Shown here: piece by piece, positions 37,301-47,814 of the stretch
How positions within the stretch are numbered: the first letter of the stretch is position 1
How the letters are laid out: the number at the start of each line of letters is the position of its first letter
DNA from: Mytilus californianus
Lineage: Eukaryota
Assembly (NCBI RefSeq): GCF_021869535.1
Contig: NW_026262668.1
Coordinates: 124,186,001-124,250,000, forward strand
Length of the DNA stretch: 64,000 nt
Direction of reading: 5' to 3'
The notes under the pieces: model-generated
The model's database searches: none
The model's input: the letters and a program-made list of their open reading frames with translations, nothing else
What the model was told of the DNA's origin: nothing
Position numbers and translations under genes: made by a program

Positions 37301-39417
37301 TGATTGCCAATGAGACAACTCTCAACTGCTCAGTCATCAGAAGGATGTATCAGGGGTGACATGTCTTCCTACTAATTGTTGCCTTGTGAACTAGCATGTT
37401 GAATACATTGTTCAGCATGTCAAATAAGTACAAAGCAGGGTTCATATTCATATCACATTAACATGTTTTCATCCTTAAATGCATGTACTAGCTGCCACTG
37501 GACGTTAAACTCCAATCCATCATCATCTTTTGACTCAGTTTGTGTTGGATTCAAAAGTTTTTGTTTTGGGGATAATGGGTCATATTGCAGAACATTGGCT
37601 TTGGTTTTCAACAAATGTTTCTTATAGCTTCTTCACCAGTAAGATTATTGTACTGAACAGTCATAAATTACACCAGAAGTAAAGTTGGTCTTCAATATTT
37701 GATTTGATTTAAACTTCTAACATCAAGGACAAGGACTTGGTCAATACTTCTAGTATTTAGACACTAGCAAGAGAACTTTACCTCTTTTGCTGTACTATAA
37801 AATTTGTATTATTAGTTTATTAACTTATTTAGATTTCACAATTTGATAAATTAATTGATTGGTTTAACTCTTCAAAACACCCCACATTGCCTATGATAGT
37901 TACTATCATACACTTTGATTTATACAGTTTGTTCCTATAGTAAACTAATGAAGAACTACAGCATAACTTAAACCAGCTTTGACAAAAATAGTGGCAGGAC
38001 AATAATTCATTAAAAAATGTTGAAAAAAAAAATAATAACTAAAATAAATTCATCCCAATTTTATATTCTTAAAGGGGCATTAGCTACCAGATAAAAAAAA
38101 TAAAATAATGAAATAGTGAAATATTAATTCGCGTTAAGCAGCCAGTTTGGTACAATTTTGTCAAAATAAGCTAAGGAACATTGCTGATGAATTATTCACT
38201 TGCAAGTGATTAATTTGACCTCATTGAATTCATATTCATGTGACCTTCTATTTCACGCCTGAGCTAGAGATACGCATAAATAAGACATGTTCAGCTTTTA
38301 AAAGGAAACTTGTCAACATTGAAAGTGAAACAGGTAAACCTTTTGGTTTACTGTTTAAATCCACAAAAACTCATTCTTATACAGGTAAAAACGATGATTA
38401 ACATATTTGTTTAACCTATAATATGAAATCAAACAGACCTATTGCACGTGTTCGCTATCTATTTACATTTATATTTATGTTTATAACCGGTTATATGACT
38501 GACAGCAGTCTTCAGAGGTCACCACAATGGTTAATTAGATGGCGTCTAGACTAAATTACACACGAAATCCTGATACATATTATCGAGTCCATGCATTGTT
38601 AATTATTTTTTTTAGCATTTTTGAGTTGAATACTGTGGATTCATTTATTTTCGTGGGTACCAATTTTCGTGGATTAAGGAAAACTTACATATTCATGGAT
38701 ATTTAATTTTGTGGTTTTGCCGAAGTTTGCATACAAGCCGATGGACAATTTGTCATTCGTTGAACATTTAATTTCGTGGTTCACCTGTATCAACGAAATC
38801 CACGAAAATTGGTATCCAACGAATAATAATGAATCCACAGTATATGTTTTAGTATGTTATACATCAAATATAAGAATTTGAGTCAAATTCGTGAATATGA
38901 ATTTGACAGCTAATGCCCCTTTAAATAAAAAATTGCAATAATGTGCAATAAATGTTTGTAATAAATGGAATTGAGAACAAACTATCAGACATGTATAATG
39001 TATATTCATATATATATATTTCTTATTATTTTAGATAAAAACTATGAGGACACGAAAACACAAAACCCAGACAATTGGTTTGGTAGGACAGGCCGTATAG
39101 ATCCTGATGATCCATATGATCAAGGAATTGCCCCTGAACCCTTTAATCCAACGTCGGAAAATGATCAGATTATACCATATGGAGAAAACAATAAAGATGA
39201 AACAATCGATTACAGTGATGTGGATTTTACTGGCAAAACACAGGGTGAAAATACAAGTCAGAAAAAATCTGCTGAAAAGGATATAGATGTTTGGACTATA
39301 TATATTATTGTAGGCTCAGTGGCAGGAGGGGTGCTGTTAATTGGAGTAGTGGCAATTGTTGTGGCATTATGTTGTAACAGATATGAGGATGATGGTTATA
39401 AACACACAAATGTTTGA
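13251..39417 (+). CDS. FGFRL1: FGF-receptor-like 1 type membrane protein without a kinase domain (spliced; 465 aa, or 472 aa with the microexon)
   Basis: Six GT-AG exons join in frame: 79+170+124+164+478+383 = 1398 nt = 466 codons, with matching phases 1,0,1,0,1. Product: signal peptide, Ig (LTCGVNGNPKPSIIWYKDG...DDKGDYQCIVTNVHGSLN), Ig (NQTVNEGEDAIFTC...IKWVK...DAGHYVCFVGNYFG), Thr stalk, TM helix, 13-aa tail, stop. The Ig motifs resemble FGFR/FGFRL1 D2 and D3. The gene symbol is a family-level call; orthology is not proven. Confidence 0.85.
13601..14260 (+). mobile_element. HINE family A, truncated copy
   Basis: tttttatacgaccgcaaaa start, (cgt)n, then gacaataact units as in 24354-26593. 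Confidence 0.8.
15959..16674. mobile_element. Non-autonomous TIR DNA transposon, P-superfamily-like
   Basis: 30-bp TIRs caaggag(a/g)ttgtatgagaaggagagtgcac with 1 mismatch, flanked by the 7-bp direct repeat ataaaat (15952-15958 and 16675-16681). CAAGG termini with a 7-bp TSD fit the P superfamily, but the boundary is ambiguous (3, 5 or 7-bp TSD readings). Confidence 0.65.
16748..17379. mobile_element. Repeat element with a ~145-bp terminal palindrome and inner 11-bp inverted repeats; class uncertain
   Basis: 45-bp arms cagat(a/c)tatcatgttatggaggggtatttgc(t/g)aaaaataccagtc with 2 mismatches (16750-16890). Inverted pair ttaattacacc (16892) and ggtgtaattaa (17369-17379). Confidence 0.65.
18445..18640 (+). 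mobile_element. tRNA-derived SINE, degraded
   Basis: ggggcc start, A-box-like ggtggaggaatgg, B-box-like gagttggaaccc (18517), and 3' ctccagcttacttcaccaataaaaactggctgccac, which resembles mollusc SINE tails. Confidence 0.6.
18755..18953. mobile_element. 199-bp MITE, Tc1/mariner (Tc2-like CCGTA termini)
   Basis: TA|ccgtatagcgggttattttcgc ... gcgaaaataacccgctatacgg|tc; perfect 22-bp TIR. Confidence 0.85.
20856..20876 (+). CDS. Candidate 21-nt symmetric (phase 1-1) microexon encoding about HEKHENE
   Basis: ttttataaacatttacAG|ATGAAAAGCATGAAAATGAAG|GTAATT. Keeps the frame between exon 1 and the first Ig exon, with no stop codon. Confidence 0.5.
21155..22336. repeat. 25-bp minisatellite, about 47 copies
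   Basis: atttctacacatggggatgtttgcc; degenerates at the right end; gives pseudo-ORFs in all three + frames. Confidence 0.98.
22404..23801. repeat. 52-bp minisatellite, about 27 copies
   Basis: tgatatactttggataagacagctaagaggagacttctattctaacatcatc. Confidence 0.98.
24354..26593 (+). mobile_element. Full-length non-autonomous Helentron-like element (HINE/DINE-1 type), family A
   Basis: 5' ttttatacgaccgca and 3' tgcggtcgtat (subterminal inverted repeat). 3' hairpin gctgcgc-cct-gcggagc, T-rich insertion site, (cgt)n microsatellite. Internal ~155-bp, ~31-bp (aattgcacagtattgcgcaatagcaagaaatcttc) and ~160-bp tandem arrays. Confidence 0.85.
26975..28345. repeat. CA-rich degenerate repeats grading into a 43-bp array
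   Basis: aaacaaacaacacttgctcagaac units, then tgtcaacctttcatagaacacaatagatacacacacagcactt (period 43 at 27909/27952). Confidence 0.85.
28636..28805 (+). CDS. FGFRL-like exon, N-terminal half of first Ig (D2-like)
   Basis: tttcAG|AT TCA...AGA TCA AAG|GTATTA; encodes SSPSWKPKSRPAQRDSIVTKNEGNDVKLTCGVNGNPKPSIIWYKDGRIFDDKKRSK. Confidence 0.92.
30251..30690 (+). mobile_element. HINE family B, complete
   Basis: 5' ttttatgcccct...agggggcat inverted repeat, (cgta)n microsatellite, 3' ggggcatca plus hairpin tgtgtcc-cat-ggacaca (30662-30678). Confidence 0.85.
30754..30769. promoter_or_regulatory. 16-bp perfect palindrome containing a full CRE (TGACGTCA)
   Basis: attgtgacgtcacaat, in an FGFRL-like intron; function not shown. 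Confidence 0.3.
31376..32236 (+). mobile_element. HINE-like element (family D) with internal degenerate repeats
   Basis: tttttatctcgcct start, repeated tgacc(t/a)tgacc...catggttca / ggtcaactatatttgg units, 3' aagcaagtgagacat end. Confidence 0.6.
32647..32770 (+). CDS. FGFRL-like exon, C-terminal half of first Ig (missed by the ORF track)
   Basis: tctttcttgtAG|ACA AAG...GTA ATA A|GTAAGT; encodes TKLHRYSLIMKDAQVDDKGDYQCIVTNVHGSLNFTFYVTVI, with the I-set DxGxYxC motif. Confidence 0.93.
33504..33667 (+). CDS. FGFRL-like exon, N-terminal half of second Ig (D3-like)
   Basis: ctattttaAG|AA TTG ACA TGG...TCA GAT|GTAAGT; encodes LTWPLEVEEPQNQTVNEGEDAIFTCRPLNDPEATIKWVKRNQTGLQTSIGKTSD. Confidence 0.92.
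33969..34361. repeat. Fold-back pair of family F ends (two 92-bp inverted arms)
   Basis: 33969-34060 is nearly the reverse complement of 34270-34361. Confidence 0.9.
34754..35231 (+). CDS. FGFRL-like exon: end of second Ig, Thr-rich stalk, acidic patch, poly-Lys tract
   Basis: aatttcAG|ATT TTA GAA...ATT TAT G|GTAATT; encodes ILENKEMLVLRSVTMKDAGHYVCFVGNYFGLKQVDVWLTVI, then about 55 aa of T/P, then WDDDFDD and KKDKKKKKKKDKKKKNKKDRKKKKKNKKK. Confidence 0.9.
35502..35888. mobile_element. 387-bp TTAA-flanked MITE (Kolobok-like)
   Basis: TTAA|ggatgtacttaggt ... acctaagtacatcc|TTAA. Confidence 0.85.
36440..37050 (+). repeat. About three degenerate ~167-bp units ending in a HINE-like 3' end
   Basis: cccctag/aagtcatggtccagtgactt at about 36440, 36608, 36775 and 36938; end caggcgagacatatctctgtgtc. 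Confidence 0.7.
37200..37520 (+). mobile_element. Meta-SINE-like body with a family F head inserted
   Basis: ggtcaaaccaaagactt...tgctgcttctccactaagcac...; aagaagatgtggtatgattgccaatgagacaactctc inserted at about 37285-37325. Confidence 0.6.
38073..38920. mobile_element. TTAA-flanked non-autonomous element (Kolobok-like), host to a nested MITE
   Basis: TTAA|aggggcattagct ... agctaatgcccct|TTAA. Confidence 0.85.
38633..38840. mobile_element. 208-bp TA-flanked MITE (Tc1/mariner-type)
   Basis: TA|ctgtggattcatt...ttttcgtggatt ... aatccacgaaaatt...aatgaatccacag|TA; ~44-bp imperfect TIR. Confidence 0.85.
39035..39417 (+). CDS. FGFRL-like terminal exon: juxtamembrane linker, TM helix, short cytoplasmic tail
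   Basis: tattttAG|AT AAA AAC (phase 1 completes G+AT = Asp). TM VWTIYIIVGSVAGGVLLIGVVAIVVALCC; tail NRYEDDGYKHTNV; TGA at 39415-39417. An AT-rich putative 3'UTR with several AATAAA follows. Confidence 0.88.
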
Positions 39418-41117
39418 CTATAGGAGAGATTTCCATGGTAACAAACATTTAAAGAGGAATACTTGAGGAAATTTTGCCATGGAAATTGAAGACCTAAGGT
39501 TTAATAAACCTAATCATGTAGACATTGAAATACATTATAGCATTGTTGTTGTTGATAGTTAAAAGACACAAATATCAAGATGTACTTTAGATATTAAAAA
39601 AAGTGCAATAAATATTTCTATAGTATACTTAAAGACACTTGATGTGCAAGAAGTATACTTTTCTATTCGTTTGTATAAACTTTGAAGACACTAGATGTGC
39701 AAGAAGTTTACATTTATAGAAGTATATTTATTTATATAAATGTGTAAACTTTGTAAGACTATCTTCCTAACAAAGGTGCAGACCAATTTGACAATACACA
39801 CATGACTATTATCAATTACATATATAGTATGTGTAATATAGTGTATTGTTACAAAGTTGTATAGTAACTGGGATTTTTATAGGCTATACAAAGAGGATGA
39901 GGACATATTAGAGTGATCCTAATTACATTGTATGATCCAATGTATCGCATAGAAGCAGGTAGATATATAATCCTGGTATATTTATATGCCTGTAGATTCT
40001 TGACACTGTAAGGAATCCCGTGTTTATGTGGGTTTAATTGATTGGTTTTATAAGAATACATGTCATATTTGTCTTAGCATTCGATATATAAAACAAGATG
40101 GTTACTGCAAGAGTAGAATACATTTGTTATGTAAATAAGAATAATAAACCACAACACCTGATTTAATGGTCACTTAAACTTTACATGTAGGCTGTGTTAT
40201 TTGCTAGACCATCAAAATTGATCTAAAAATAAGTATATAACTATATGATTTACAGTACATTGTTATCATAGAAACTGACAATTACTAGAAAGCAAATGCA
40301 TGAATGAAAAAATATGGACAGAATCCCAAAATGATATGGAAAGGTGTTAAACCTTGGTATAATTTCATTTTCAGTACCGGGGGTAATTGTTCATAGTTAT
40401 CTAAATCAATCTTGCCTATTTGTTCTGAGTTAGGATATTAGTTTGATTATTTCAAACCAAAAGGATAGTGCTTTGTTTATTTTCAGTGAAGATGCACTGA
40501 AATATCTGGAATATAAAACACAATTTAATCATTTAGTAAATGAAAATCCATTACGGTCAAAGAATGCAGTGTTCACATTTTGCCCTGAATGATGTATTTT
40601 TTGTTTTTTAAAGGGAGATAATTAGACTTTTTTTTAAAGATTTTTTGGTCAGTTATTTGAGTCCATTGAAATTTTTTAAAACCACAATTACATTACATAT
40701 TTTAATTGAGTTTTTGTTTTATGGAAGGGAAATATTAAAGAATTTTTATTCTCAGAAGTTATTTTAACACCTAACATGACATTATTTTCACTGTTATCAT
40801 TCAAATCAGGGATTTTATAAAGAATAATAATACTCAACTGTTTATTGACTGTTTGTTGTAATTTTGTTTAATTATTTATGAGTGTTAATGTGTTTTGTGT
40901 TTTATATATGGTCATATATGAGCCAACAATATTCAGTATGTATGCTATGATTACTGGTTTCTTCGGTTTATATCAGGATTTTTTTTTAGAGAAAAAAAGA
41001 TATGTCTTACAATTTTCACTTGTACTTTTTTAAAAACATTTTGAAACAGGATTGATATTTGTATCCACTTACATTATTACCAAAAACCTGAAGTTCACAG
41101 AAATATTCTATTGTGAT

Positions 41118-41281
41118 ATTAACATTGTTACATAGTGATAACATTGTTACATATTGTTAACATTGTTACATATTGATAACATTGTTACATATTGTTAACA
41201 TTGTTACATATTGATAACATTGTTACATATTGATAACATTGTTACATATTGTTAACATTGTTACATATTGATAACATTGTA
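41118..41281. repeat. 19-bp tandem repeat, about 9 copies, in the putative FGFRL-like 3'UTR or 3' flank
   Basis: taacattgttacatattg(t/a). Confidence 0.92.
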
Positions 41282-42660
41282 TTTATATTTTGACAATCAT
41301 TTGTTACATCATACATTGTACATTGTCTATCAGCATTCACTACATAACATTTAAGAAATCCTTTCTGTACACATACATACTTTTAAAAAAATATCAGTGA
41401 AATGTTTAACTTTTATCAACCAGTGATGGAATCGAACTACAGTAAAATTTTAGAAACGGCTTATCTTGGACATGCAGAGGTTCCTACATGGCTTGATTTA
41501 GGCAAAAATTATTTCATCTTTTTCTACAGATTTTAAAAATTATTTTATTGTCTCGATTAGGTTCTGGTTATATACCTAGTGAATGGTATTATTTTTTAAA
41601 CTTATTTTACATAACAAAAAATACTGTACTTTTGGTACATGATTAGTAGAGAGCTCAGTTGTGCAAACTTTTAGGCAGTTACTGTAATACCAAAGAATTG
41701 TTCACTTAATAACACAACGGGTAATTTATTTTGAATAGCTTTGATATTTTATTTTCATCTACTTGTTTAAGATTTATTTGATATTGTAAAGATTGAAACA
41801 GTTGTTTTATAGTGTTTATAAGTATTTGCATGATTTGTTATGTATAAGTTATGTCTTGGCTAAATGGATTTGTTCAGCACTCCTGCAACTAAGAAATACT
41901 CATGAACTTTGTATATATTTTTGCCTCTGAAAATGTGGCATATATAAGTTTATCATTTACAGCTGACTAAGATTGTCTTCATCTTCATAATCTAATTGAA
42001 ACTTTGTATCTTGTAATTAGATTAAGGAAATAACAGTATTGTATATAAAGATTTGTGGGCATCAATTGGTAATTTGATGGTTTCAAATTCAGTTTATTGG
42101 AGACATGTTAGCTGAGCCATTAAAGGGATATATGCAACCATCAAATAAGAAATTAATGCCTACAAATCTTGAGATACAGTGTTTTAGTTCTAATGCAACT
42201 TACAGAAAAAACACTGTTGAATCATACATTTTGAAACTCATTTACAAGATATTTGCCATTGCACAGATAATTTCAGATGGTCAGTCAAGGAATTGATCAC
42301 TCCAAATAAACTTTAATTTGAAACAGCTGTCATTTACAAATTACCGTATAAAGACAGCAAATTGTTTTTTTTTGCTGTAAAACAAAATGAAAATATTTTG
42401 CAAGACATATTGGTTGATCATTGTACAGAATACCTCTTCTTGAAATTTAAATTATTGCTCAACGTTCTTCACACTTTCATTTAAGAGACACTACATTGAA
42501 GTTGCTTTTCAATAAATCAAGGCCCATTTTTTTCTGTTGGATATTGTTATCATTGTAACATGAAAAATCTTTTAAAAAAAATAATGTGTTGAGGAACCTC
42601 GACAATAATGAATTGTCTGTTAAACCTGGGGCAATGTAGACACAAATACAAACTGATCAA

Positions 42661-43763
42661 ATCAGATATAAAAGATGTTTTCTACAGATAACAAAAATAA
42701 CATCAGATATAATAGAGGTTTACTACAGATAACAAAAATAACATCAGATATAAAGGGTGTTTACTACAGATAACAAAAATAACATCAGCTATAAAAGATG
42801 TTTACTACAGATAACAAAAATAACATCAGATATAAAGGATGTTTACTACAGATAACAAAAATAACATCAGCTATAAAAGATGTTTACTACAGATAACAAA
42901 AATAACATCAGCTATAAAAGAGGTTTACTACAGATAACAAAAATAACATCAGATATAAAGGATGTTTACTACAGATAACAAAAATAACATCAGATATAAA
43001 GGATGTTTACTACAGATAACAAAAATAACATCAGATATAAAGGATGTTTACTACAGATAACAAAAATAACATCAGATATAAAGGATGTTTACTACAGATA
43101 ACAAAAATAACATCAGATATAAAGGGTGTTTACTACAGATAACAAAAATAACATCAGATATAATAGAGGTTTACTACAGATAACAAAAATAACATCAGAT
43201 ATAAAAGATGTTTTCTACAGATAACAAAAATAACATCAGATATAAAAGATGTTTTCTACAGATAACAAAAATATCATCAGATATAATAGAGGTTTACTAC
43301 AGATAACAAAAATAACATCAGATATAAAAGATGTTTTCTACAGATAACAAAAATAACATCAGATATAAAAGATGTTTTCTACAGATAACAAAAATAACAT
43401 CAGATATAAAAGATGTTTTCTACAGATAACAAAAATATCATCAGATATAAAAGATGTTTACTACAGATAACAAAAATAACATATAAAAGATGTTTACTAC
43501 AGATAACAAAAATAACATCAGCTATAAAGGATGTTTACTACAGATAACAAAAATAACATCAGCTATAAAGGATGTTTACTACAGATAACAAAAATAACAT
43601 CAGCTATAAAAGATGTTTACTACAGATAACAAAAATAACATCAGATATAAAGGATGTTTACTACAGATAACAAAAATAGCATCAGATATAAAGGATGTTT
43701 ACTACAGATATCAAAAATAACCTCAGATATAAAGGGTGTGTACTACAGATGACAAAAATAACA
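42661..43763. repeat. 41-bp minisatellite, about 27 copies
   Basis: cagatataaaggatgtttactacagataacaaaaataacat. Confidence 0.98.
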
Positions 43764-44315
43764 GTGTTTTCTTAAATTTAACATTTCTTGCAATGATAGT
43801 GTTTAAAATTTATTAATATAATAGATAAAATGAAGAAAGCATAATGCACTTATTTTGACAAATCATATAAATTTTTTTTATTAATCTTATTCATGGTTGA
43901 AAAAGTTTTTTTTTTGTTGTAAGAGAGAATGTGTTGAGACAAGTCGGCATTAAAATGATAAAACAGTTCAGCAACAAGGATTACAAAATATTTTGTTGTT
44001 TTTTTTCTTCAGATGATAAAAAGTGATGTACAGATAACTTTGCAAAATTTTTTAAAATACATTTCTAAAGGGTCTGAGGATTTAAAAAAATTGATATACA
44101 GGATATTTTTTATCCTTAATTTCACAAAAATTCTATGTAAAAAATGAAAAGCAATTATATATAAGAAACATGGTTTTAATAGCTATTATATTATTGATGG
44201 TGCATTTTTTCAGTGTTTCAATAATTGATATATCATTTATTTATGTTTAGTTCACAGTCCTTCATAATGGAGAATAGATTATGATAAATAAATTTCTTAG
44301 AAAATGTTTTATTTG

Positions 44316-47185
44316 TTTTTATACGACTGTTTACGGGAAGTATTATGGTATACCCTTGTCCGTCTGTCTGTCCATCCATCTGTTCGTTGTCAACACTTTG
44401 GACAATAACTCAAAAACACTTTCACAAATTTTCATGAAACTTTGGTGAATTGTTGATATCTATCGACATAAGCTCCCTTTTGATTTTCATAAATTTTAGA
44501 TTTTATGTTTTCCCAGTTATGGGATTTTATTCATAAAATAATGGGTGATTTTCCAGTTCTCTGTCTATAACTCAAAAATGCCTTGAACAATTTTCATGAA
44601 ACTTTGATGAATTGTTTATATATGTTGACATAAGTCCCCTTTCAATTTTTAAAATTTTCAGATTTTAGGTTTTTATACAACCGCAAAAATTTTTTTGCGT
44701 CAGATAATGCTATGATGTTGTCGTCGTCCGAAGACACTTTTGGTTTCCGGACAATAACTTTAGTTTAAGTGAATGGATCTCTATGAATTTTTACCAGAAG
44801 ATTCAATACCACAAAAGGAAGGTTGGGATTGATTTTGGGGGTGATGGTACCAACAGATTAGGAATTAGGGGCCAAAAACAAGCATTTTTGTAGTTTCCAG
44901 ACAATAATTTGTGTGCAAGTGTATGGATCTCTCTGAAATTGTACCACAAGGTTCCATGTCACAAAGGGAAGGCTGGGATTGAGTTTGGGGTTAATTGCCC
45001 CAAACGTTCAGGAATTAGGGGCAAAAAAGGGGGCAAAAACAAGTATTTTTCTAGTTTCCAGACAATAACTTGTGTTTAAGTGTATGGATCTCTCTAAAAT
45101 TGTACTACAAGGTTCCATACCATAAAGGGAAGGCTGGGATTGAGTTTGGAGGTAATTACTTTAAAAGGGGGGTGGGGGGTTAAAAAAAGTTGGGGGGATT
45201 TTTTTATTCCAATTTTTTTTGGGGGGGGGGGGTTCTTTTTTTTTTCTTCAAAATTTTTGAAATCTTCAATTGCACAGTATTGCGCAATAGCAAGAAATCT
45301 TCAATTGCACAGTATTGCGCAATAGCACAGTATTGCACAATAGCACAGTATTGTGCAATATCACAGTATTGCGCAATAGCAAGAAATCTTCAATTGTACA
45401 GTATTGCACAATAGCACAGTATTGCGCAATAGCAAGAAATCTTCAATTGCACAGTATTGCGCAATAGCAAAAAATCTTCATTTGCACAGTATTGCGCAAC
45501 AACACAGCAATAGCAAGAAATCTTCAATTGCACAGTATTGCGCAATAGCACAGTATTGCACAATAGCAAGAAATCTTCAATTGCACAGTATTGCACAATA
45601 GCAAGAAATCTTCAATTGCACAGTATTGCGCAATAGCACAGTATTGTACAATAGCACAGTATTGGGCAAAACCAAGAAATCTTCAATTGCACAGTATTGC
45701 ACAATAGCACAGTATTGCGCAATAGCAAGAAATCTTCAATTGCACAGTATTGCGCAATAGCACAGTATTGTGCAATATCACAGTATTGCGCAATAGCAAG
45801 AAATCTTCAATTGTACAGTATTGCACAATAGCACAGTATTGCGCAATAGCAAGAAATCTTCAATTGCACAGTATTGCGGAATAGCAAAAAATCTTCATCT
45901 GCACAGTATTGCACAATAGCAAGAAATCTTCAATTGCACAGTTTTGCGCAATAGCAAGAAATCTTCAAATTGAAAACGAATACAAATGTTTTAACCAATT
46001 TAGATGGGATTAATTAAGCCTTTAATTTTTGGGGGTTCTAACCTTGTATAATTTTTTGGGATATTGGGCCCCATTTTTAAATTGGTCTACATTGAGGTCA
46101 AAAGGGTCCAAAATTAAACTTTGTTTGATTTCATCAAAAACTGAATTATTGCGGCTGTATGATATACTGAATCTTATTGTGCATTTAGATTTTTATTTTG
46201 GGCCCTGTTTTCAAATTAGTTCATATTAAGGTTTGAAGGGTTCAAAATTAAACTTTGTTTGATTTCAACTAAAATTAAATTATTGGTGTTTTTTTATATG
46301 CTGAATCTAACCATGTTGTTAGATTTTGGATATCAGACCATTCTAGGTAAATTAAATGTCCCATTTCAAATTTTTAAGATCTTTGACCACATTTATTTTG
46401 TGTCAGAAACCTATATTATGTCAAAAATTTGATCACAATCCAAATTCAGACAGTATCAAGCTTGAATATTGTGTCCAAACTTGCCCCAACTGTTCAGGGT
46501 TCGACCTCTGCGGTCGTATCAGGCTGTGCTCAGCGAAGAATTTTATTGAGAATTGGGACTTTATTCATAAAAAAGGGGTGATTTCCCAGTTTTCAGACAA
46601 GAACTTAAAAACACTTTGAGCAGTTTTCATGAAACTTTAGTTGCTTATTTATATAGCTTTTGAAATTAGCTCCCATTTGGTTTTTTTTTAATAAATTTCT
46701 GATATGATACTGCCGAGTTATAGAACTTTATTTGTGAAAAATCGTTGAAAACTCCATTTTTCACACTTTTGGGTTTATAGAATTTGTTCATCCAAAAATC
46801 GAGGCCACAAACTTAGTTAAACTTGAGGTAGCATTAACAGTGCCAAGTTATAGTATTCATGTTTTGTGTCAATGGGTAGTACTGTGTGTGCATGTTGTTT
46901 TTTTTTTTTTGGGGGGGGGGGGGGTCTATTTGAGCAGTGCTCACAGTATTTCTAGTTAATCATATAATAAAATTTAGAATGGAAATGGGGAATGTGTCAA
47001 AGAGACAACAACCCGACCAAAGAGCAGAAAACAGCCGAAGGCCACCAATGTGTCTTCAACACAGCGAGAAAATCCCGCACCCGGAGGCGGGCTTCAGCTG
47101 GCCCCTAAACAAAAATTCATTTTAAGCATAAAGACAGCTAAAAGGGCGACAGGCATATCAAGCGCTCATGGTGCAGCTCTTTATT
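44316..47185 (+). mobile_element. HINE family C, interrupted by a family A element (44670-46547) and a family E copy
   Basis: 5' ttttatacgactgtttacgg...gtccgtctgtctgtcc. The ~160-bp unit sequence breaks at 44669 and resumes at about 46548. 3' end aaagggcgacaggcatatcaagcgctcatggtgcagctctttatt at about 47141-47185. Confidence 0.7.
44670..46547 (+). mobile_element. Full-length HINE family A, second copy
   Basis: ttttatacaaccgca ... tgcggtcgtatcaggctgtgctcagcgaagaattttatt. Same modules as 24354-26593, with a longer attgcacagtattgcgcaatagc array (45265-45965). Confidence 0.85.
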
Positions 47186-47814
47186 ATACTTATTGTCTGT
47201 CTGTGCAAGTTTTCAATTTTCGTTGAATGGTCTTTTGAAGATATGACCCTGGACAGTGAGGTTTAAGAGATAATACAAAAAAATTGTTAAGATATTTTCA
47301 ATGTCTAGCATACCCTTTTCATTACAGATGGCCCAAAGAAGCTCCCCTTGTCCAATGGGCCATATGAGCTTTGCAATCATTTTTACACCAAAATTATCAG
47401 ATGACTCCTTATAGGAGTTTTTGCCCTTAAATTATGTTGCTTTATTTATTTTTCGTATTTTTGTTATTGTCTTGAAAACTATAATACATATATAGGTAGA
47501 AACTGAAAAAAAGCAGAAAGGATCAGCAATAACGAAGATGCAAAAAAGGTTCAATATATGACCAATACATTTGTACCTACAGATGACTCCTTACAGGAGA
47601 TATCAATGCTCTTTTAACAATGAGGAATTTTTTCTAACCTTTGAGTTTTTGCCTATTATGAAATATCTAAAAAAATTAAACATAAGTTAGAAACTGTAAA
47701 CAGCAATATAATAGAAATGCATGATCTATAAAAATGCTAATACGATCAAAACAATTGGTGAACTCCGTGTAGGGTTTGTTGCTCTTAAATGAAGATTTTT
47801 CACTTATTTTCTAG

